This document shows positions 26,255-32,000 of a stretch of 32,000 bases of DNA, in pieces. A program made the position numbers and the translations under genes. The stretch lies in NCBI RefSeq assembly GCF_000011805.1, contig NC_006841.2; one strand, written 5' to 3'. Position 1 is the stretch's first letter; every line of letters begins with the position of its first letter. Below the pieces are notes generated by a model. That model was not told where the DNA came from. It did no database searches and saw only the letters and a program-made list of their open reading frames with translations. The DNA comes from Aliivibrio fischeri ES114. GTDB taxonomy: Bacteria > Pseudomonadota > Gammaproteobacteria > Enterobacterales > Vibrionaceae.

Positions 26255-27658
26255 ATGTCAACGATGACTGCAACGCATAATCAAAGTGATTGGAAACAAA
26301 CACTATCAAAATTAAAAGGACACTTACTTTTTGGTACTTCTCATATGCTTCCATTCGTGGTCGCTGGTGGGGTTCTGTTAGCTTTAGCGGTAATGGCAAC
26401 AGGTAAAGGTGCGGTTCCTGATACAGGTATTTTAGCTGATATATCAACCATTGCGATTAAGGGCTTAGTGCTTTTCCCTATTATTCTTGGTGGTTTTATT
26501 GGTTACTCAATTGCGGATAAACCAGCATTAGCGCCAGCATTTATTGCATCAGGCATTATGGCTGATTTAGGCGGTGGTTTCCTAGGTTGTATCGTCGCAG
26601 GTTTCATTGCCGGTGGTGTGGTTCTTCAACTTAAGAAACTTCCAATTCCAGCTCATTTAAGTGCATTAGGCGTATACTTTATTTACCCTCTAGTTGGTAC
26701 ATTAGTATCTGCGGGTATCGTAATGTGGGGCTTAGGTGCTGCTATCTCTTCTTTCATGGTTGGCATGAATGAATTCCTAGCATCAATGGCAGGTTCTTCT
26801 AAAGCGGTACTTGGTGCGATTCTTGGTGGTATGACAGCGTTTGATATGGGCGGTCCAATCAACAAAGTAGCAACTTTGTTCGCTCAAACACAAGTAAATA
26901 CACAACCATGGTTAATGGGTGGTGTTGGTATCGCGATTTGTACTCCACCGCTAGGTATGGCGCTTGCAACTTTCTTATTTAAGAAGAAATTCTCTAAAGA
27001 AGAGCAAGAAGCAGGTAAAGCAGCGGCAATCATGGGCTCAATTGGTATCTCTGAAGGTGCAATCCCATTCGCAGCAAACGATCCAGTACGTGTTCTACCA
27101 TCTATCGTAATTGGCGGTATGGTTGGTTGTGTGTTTGGTTTCTTAACTGACGTGTTACTTCATGCTCCATGGGGTGGTTTAATTACAGCTCCTGTATCTA
27201 GCAACATTCCAATGTATGTTGTAGGTATTGCACTAGGTTCGTTAACAACAGCATTAATCGTAGGTTTCTGGAAACCTGTTGTTATCGAAGAAGATGAAGT
27301 TGTTGTTGCTGCTCCGTCAGAAACACAAGCAGCAGCACCAGTGGCTGGTGAAGGTGAGTATGATGTTCTAGCTGTGACTTGTTGTCCGTCTGGTGTAGCT
27401 CACACATTCATGGCAGCAAAAGCACTAGAAAAAGCAGGTGCGGCAGCTGGTATCAAGATTAAAGTTGAAACTCAAGGCTCTAATGGCCTAATGAATAAGC
27501 TAACCGCAAAAGATGTAGAAAACGCTAAATTCATTATTCTTGCTCATGATATTCCAGTAAAAGAAGCAGAACGTTTTACTAACATTCGCCAAGTTGAATG
27601 TTCAACAAAAGGTGCAATGAAAACGGCATTATCATTAATTCAAGATAACCTTAAATAA
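26255..27658 (+). CDS. PTS fructose-family EIIC-EIIB fusion (C domain N-terminal, B domain C-terminal)
   Basis: 467 aa. The polytopic EIIC(Fru) region (..LPFVVAGGVLLAL.., GGMTAFDMGGPINK, SEGAIPFA) is followed by an Ala/Pro/Glu linker. The EIIB(Fru) domain then carries the Cys motif LAVTCCPSGVAHTFMAAKALEKA. Confidence 0.85.
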   Translation: MSTMTATHNQSDWKQTLSKLKGHLLFGTSHMLPFVVAGGVLLALAVMATGKGAVPDTGILADISTIAIKGLVLFPIILGGFIGYSIADKPALAPAFIASGIMADLGGGFLGCIVAGFIAGGVVLQLKKLPIPAHLSALGVYFIYPLVGTLVSAGIVMWGLGAAISSFMVGMNEFLASMAGSSKAVLGAILGGMTAFDMGGPINKVATLFAQTQVNTQPWLMGGVGIAICTPPLGMALATFLFKKKFSKEEQEAGKAAAIMGSIGISEGAIPFAANDPVRVLPSIVIGGMVGCVFGFLTDVLLHAPWGGLITAPVSSNIPMYVVGIALGSLTTALIVGFWKPVVIEEDEVVVAAPSETQAAAPVAGEGEYDVLAVTCCPSGVAHTFMAAKALEKAGAAAGIKIKVETQGSNGLMNKLTAKDVENAKFIILAHDIPVKEAERFTNIRQVECSTKGAMKTALSLIQDNLK

Positions 27659-27678
27659 TAGTTTGCTCTAAGTTAATT

Positions 27679-27710
27679 AAAAGCCTCTTACTCCCCCTAA
27701 GAGGCTTTTT
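27679..27710 (+). terminator. Intrinsic terminator after the PTS operon
   Basis: AAAAGCCTCTTA-ctccccc-TAAGAGGCTTTT is a perfect 12-bp stem followed by a T run. Confidence 0.85.
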
Positions 27711-27720
27711 GTTATTAACA

Positions 27721-27766
27721 ATAAAAAGCCCGCATTATTTCCTTATACTGCGGGCTATCTTTTTTA
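27721..27766. terminator. Second hairpin, terminator for hdeD (minus strand), possibly bidirectional
   Basis: AGCCCGCA (27727..27734) pairs with TGCGGGCT (27749..27756). On the minus strand a TTTTT run follows the stem. On the plus strand ATCTTTTTT follows. Confidence 0.7.
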
Positions 27767-27812
27767 ATTCGGAACTCAGTCGTTCATTACTGGTAGATCT
27801 AGAATCAATTTA

Positions 27813-28373
27813 TTATGCCTTTGATGCATTTCTGAGTCGTAAACCAATGAATAGAAAACTCATTCCTTCAAAGATTAGCGATACACCAACAAAAGTACCT
27901 AATAAGGATAGAGAAAATTCAGGATTATCGAATAGGCTAAAGAAGTACCCACCGATAACGACAGAAAGTAATCCACTCAAAATAACCATTCCACAACCAG
28001 GAAGGCTTCTATTGGTAAACCCAAAAATCATGCGTGTTAGGCCATTAAAGATCATAATCACAATCATGATGGTAGTGATGGTCATAAGCCCTTCTAGTGG
28101 CTTAAAGAGAATAAATAGAGCACCAACAATATAAAATAAAGCACTTAATACATACCATAATTTTTCTTTCCAAGAGTGAATACGAAAAGTATGGTAAACC
28201 TGAACTAACCCTGTAATTAATAATAGGGTGCCGATGATTGTTGAAATCGTCACACCAGCCATAACAGGTAGGCTAGTTGCTCCTAACCCAGCAAGCGCGA
28301 CAATGACGCCAACAATAATAAAATATTTCCAACCTTTGGAAATTAAAGCCTGACTTGGAGTTTGATTTTCCAT
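27813..28373 (-). CDS. hdeD: HdeD-family (DUF308) acid-resistance membrane protein
   Basis: 186 aa with six hydrophobic segments. It has the HdeD-like repeat pattern and C-terminus (..GTFVGVSLIFEGMSFLFIGLRLR). RBS GAGGT. The + strand ORF 27709..28134 is its antisense shadow. Confidence 0.75.
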   Translation of the reverse strand: MENQTPSQALISKGWKYFIIVGVIVALAGLGATSLPVMAGVTISTIIGTLLLITGLVQVYHTFRIHSWKEKLWYVLSALFYIVGALFILFKPLEGLMTITTIMIVIMIFNGLTRMIFGFTNRSLPGCGMVILSGLLSVVIGGYFFSLFDNPEFSLSLLGTFVGVSLIFEGMSFLFIGLRLRNASKA

Positions 28374-28804
28374 TTTAACCTCTGAGTTAAATATAATACC
28401 AATCTACATAAGTACTTGTTCATTCTTGCTTGTTAAAATAGATTATATCTGTGTTATAAATTTTGTAATTAGATCCACTAGTTACTGTAATTTATGCCTT
28501 GATCTAATCGATTTTTCCTACGCAATTATCTGAACAACTACTTATCCAGAATGGTATAAGAGACGTTAAGATTGTAGTCCTAAAAAGTAGATTTGACTTA
28601 AAGCAATCTAAGTTTTCAAAATTTTTGATTGTGCGTGTGTTTTATTCTTTTTGTATAAGAAAAATACTATTTTTTGGATGCTATATATTTATTTGTGATT
28701 TGCCATGGCTATAGAACCTATACTTAAAATAGTGCTTGTGGAAACAGGCTAAAAGTCTATGATTATTAACATATAAAATGATTGAATAAATTAAGGATGG
28801 CTGC

Positions 28805-30064
28805 GTGTTAGAGCATCATGTACGAGATTATATTTCAGATAAATTAAGCGCTCTAGGGATCAATAGTGATCCTTATGGGGTTGAGTTGACTATCGTATTT
28901 GTATCGGTGGTAATCGGTATTGCTATTATTGGTCATCTAATTACTCATCATATTATTGTTCGCACCATTAGAAATGTACTCCATCGAACAAATGAACCCT
29001 TATCTGATGCGTTTTCTAAATATAAAGTACTTGAAAAATTAACGCTTCTTGTCCCTGTAATGGTATTGGATCTATTAATCCCATTAGCACTTGGGCATTA
29101 CACATTACTATCAGCTATTGCAGATAAAGTTCTCAGTATCTCTATTCTTATCAGTTTTATAAGGCTCGTTTTTGCATTACTTGATGCACTTAATGATGTT
29201 GCCACTTTTAAAGGCATTACCCGTCGAATGCCAGTTAAGAGCTTTGTTCAACTCATAAAGTTATTTACCTTTTTTGTTGGCCTTGTGGTATCCATGTCTA
29301 TCCTTGCCAATGAATCACCGGTTATTTTCTTGAGTGGGCTAGGGGTTGCAACTGGTTTTGTCATGTTGGTATTTAAAGATACGATCTTAGGTTTCGTGGC
29401 AGGTATTCAGCTTTCAGCAAACCGTATGATCTCGTTAAATGATTGGATTGAGATGGATTCGTTTAAAGCGAACGGTTCAGTTGAAGAAATTTCACTAACG
29501 ACGGTCAAAGTTCGGAACTTTGATAATACAGTCAGCATGATCCCAGCTTATGCTTTGGTTCAAAATGCGTTTGTGAACTGGCAAGGAATGTCTGATTCTG
29601 GTGGTAGACGTATTAAACGAGCTGTAAATATAGATGTAAATTCAATTCGTTTCATGACCGATGAAGAGATTGAGTCATTGAAAGATATTCGAATTTTAAG
29701 AGAGTATTTATTTGAAAAATCAAAAGAAATTAAAGCATATAATGATGAACTAGATGAGATCCCACATTTGGGCAATACACGTCAGATGACCAATTTGGGG
29801 GTTTTTCGTGCGTATTTAGCCGCTTATTTACGAACAAATAAAGACATTCATTCTTATATGATGTTTATGGTGCGTCAACTAGACCCAACTCCTGAGGGCT
29901 TACCATTGCAGATTTATGCTTTTACCAATAATACGGATTGGGTCTTTTATGAAGGGGTTCAAGCTGATCTCTTTGATCACATATATTCTATTATGCCATT
30001 ATTCGGTTTGCGTCCTTATCAAGCGTTAAGTGGGCATGATGTTTTAGGTCTCAAAAAAAATTAA
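28805..30064 (+). CDS. ybdG: MscS-family mechanosensitive channel, YbdG(MscM)-like, paralog 1
   Basis: 419 aa with a GTG start and RBS AAGGA 7 nt upstream. It is colinear with E. coli YbdG blocks as I recall them ([82 protein letters not shown].P...[20 protein letters not shown]). Confidence 0.88.
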   Translation: [419 protein letters not shown]

Positions 30065-30079
30065 GCAATACCATAATAA

Positions 30080-30105
30080 TACCAGTTCTTAAACTGGTAC
30101 TTTTC
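30080..30105 (+). terminator. Probable terminator between the two ybdG paralogs
   Basis: TACCAGTT-ctta-AACTGGTA (a perfect 8-bp stem) followed by CTTTTCAC. Confidence 0.55.
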
Positions 30106-30218
30106 ACATTTATCTTTTTCGATTAATAGCATAGATTAGCTCCCCATATGTTTATTAAGTCTGAATTTATATTAGGAATACTATTTTTTGATTCGAGAAA
30201 AATAAATAGGGAGCAGCT

Positions 30219-31493
30219 TTGTTAGATCTTCGAATTCGTAACTATGTGACTGATAAATTAAATGTTTTCGGTTTTCATGATGAGCCTTATGGTGTAGAAC
30301 TTGCGATTGTTGTTATTGTCATTGTTATTAGTGTTTCTATTGGATATTTAATTACTCGACATGTCATAGTTAAAATCGTTAATAATATTCTTCACAAAAC
30401 TAATGAGTCTTTATTTCTGTATTTATCTAGTCATAAAGTAGGACAAAAACTGACTGTTCTCGTGCCTATTATTGTCTTCGATTTGCTATTTCCTTTTGCT
30501 CTTGGGTATAACACACAACTGGCACATATTACGGATAAGTTGCTAAGCATATTGATTGTAACCATATTTACCTCAATGTTATTTAGCTTACTTGATGCGT
30601 TGAATGATATGGCTACGAGTAAAGATGTTACACGTAGAATGCCAATAAAAAGTCTTGTGCAACTTATTAAATTATTCGCATTTATTATCTGTATTATTCT
30701 ATGTCTCGCTATTTTTATTGAAGAATCACCAGTCATTTTCTTGAGTGGTTTAGGGGTCGCTACAGGGTTTGTCATGTTAGCGTTTAAAGACACAATTTTG
30801 GGGTTTGTTGCGGGAATGCAACTGTCTTTAAATCGAATGGTAGGTTTGAATGAATGGATAGAAATGGATGAATATAAAGCTAATGGTACAGTTGAAGAGA
30901 TTTCATTAACAACTGTAAAAATAAGGAATTTTGATAATACCGTGAGTATGTTACCCGCTTATGCCTTAGTTCAAAATGCTTTTGTTAACTGGCAAGGAAT
31001 GTCTGATTCAGGTGGAAGGCGAATTAAACGAGCGGTAAATATTGATGTAAATTCTATTCGCTTTATGACTGATGATGAGATTGAGTCACTCAAAAGTATT
31101 CGCATTTTACGTGAATACTTATTTGAAAAATCGAGTGAAATAAATACGTTTAATGAAGAGGTGGATGATATTCCTCACGTATGTAATGTTCGACAAATGA
31201 CTAATGTCGGTATTTTTCGTGCCTATCTAACGGCTTATTTACGTACACACAGGAATATCCACTCACATATGCTGTCTATGGTTCGGCAGTTAGAGCCTAC
31301 ACAGGAAGGATTACCATTACAGGTTTATGCTTTTACTAATAATCCTAGTTGGGCATTTTATGAAAGTGTGCAAGCGGATATTTTTGATCATATATACGCG
31401 ATTATGCCTTGGTTTAATTTACGACCTTATCAAGCATTAAGTGGGCATGATGCTTTGACTCTTGCTTCTAGCAATCCTCAACATTTATCGTGA
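30219..31493 (+). CDS. ybdG: MscS-family mechanosensitive channel, YbdG(MscM)-like, paralog 2
   Basis: 424 aa with a TTG start and RBS AGGGAG 5 nt upstream. It shares long identical runs with paralog 1 ([59 protein letters not shown]). Confidence 0.88.
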   Translation: [424 protein letters not shown]

Positions 31494-31645
31494 AATAAAT
31501 ACTATTACGTTACTAGTATTTTATTTAATAGGCCACACCTTAATTCTTCTTTGATATTCATTATAGCAATGCATTTGTTATTGGTTTGTATTTCTGATTA
31601 AATTTCCACCGATTTTTGGTTGATTAAATCCATTACTTTCTAATT

Positions 31646-31680
31646 AATCCAGTGTATCTGCAAAGTACACTGGATTTTTC
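31646..31680 (+). terminator. Intrinsic terminator ~150 nt downstream of ybdG paralog 2
   Basis: AATCCAGTGTA-tctgcaaag-TACACTGGATT is a perfect 11-bp stem followed by TTTTT. Confidence 0.8.
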
Positions 31681-31784
31681 TTATGTTTAGCAAATAAATG
31701 CATAAATGGGTGTTACTTACCATAGGGTTAATATGAATGGTTTGCTACAATCAGCGCCAATTATTGTCTATACATAGGTTCATC

Positions 31785-32000
31785 ATGTCATTTGCGTCTC
31801 TAGGATTAACAAAACAAATCCTAACAACGGTTGCAGAATTAGGTTTTAAAGAAGCAACACCCATTCAGGAACAAGCTATTCCACTAGTATTACAAGGACA
31901 TGATGTACTGGCTGGAGCACAAACTGGTACAGGTAAAACAGCAGCGTTTGGTCTACCGCTGATTCAACGTTTGATTGAAAGTCCAATTGAACGTCATGAA
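31785..32000 (+). CDS. rhlE: DEAD-box ATP-dependent RNA helicase (RhlE-like), N-terminal 72 codons only
   Basis: My translation from ATG 31785 is [72 protein letters not shown]. It contains the Q motif (ATPIQ) and motif I (AQTGTGKT), and is colinear with the E. coli RhlE N-terminus. Confidence 0.9.
   Translation, partial: MSFASLGLTKQILTTVAELGFKEATPIQEQAIPLVLQGHDVLAGAQTGTGKTAAFGLPLIQRLIESPIERHE

Noticed and set aside
27709-28134. 141-aa + strand ORF downstream of the PTS operon.
   Set aside because: It begins inside the terminator hairpins and runs antisense to hdeD. It has no RBS and no family resemblance.

Overview
The window looks like a core chromosomal segment of a low-GC Vibrionaceae genome. 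This is inferred from a 543-aa symporter that matches my recollection of V. parahaemolyticus vSGLT almost residue for residue, and from E. coli-like GalETKM, GalR, YgjH, BrnQ, YbdG and RhlE. I support about 25 real CDS. In order: a partial DEDD exonuclease and a cNMP/CBS/DUF294 nucleotidyltransferase (-); sglT (-) divergent from galE-galT-galK-galM (+); an RND permease and MFP (-) divergent from a TetR regulator; an orphan Cache hybrid histidine kinase; galR (-); ygjH; an alanine/Na+ symporter; an ACT-domain protein; a RidA/YoaB-like protein; brnQ; an HDAC-family hydrolase; a membrane GGDEF protein; a PTS EIIA plus EIIC-EIIB pair; hdeD (-); two tandem ybdG (MscS-family) paralogs; and the 5' end of rhlE. 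Most other ORFs in the six-frame track are antisense shadows. I found no rRNA, tRNA, CRISPR array, IS element, integrase, prophage gene or recognisable defence island, so no novel multi-gene system can be claimed with confidence. The most interesting signals are non-coding or small. (1) A 31-codon Val-rich leader ORF (..TLVSVVVVIH) has Val codons that form the 5' arm of an intrinsic terminator just upstream of brnQ. (2) The gal intercistronic spacers are unusually long and carry a ~40-nt inverted repeat flanking galT, plus other repeats. (3) A GalR/CRP control region between sglT and galE has perfect palindromic operators 155 bp apart. (4) A sensor nucleotidyltransferase and exonuclease pair of unknown function appears translationally coupled. 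All homology statements come from memory of the families, and no searches were run.
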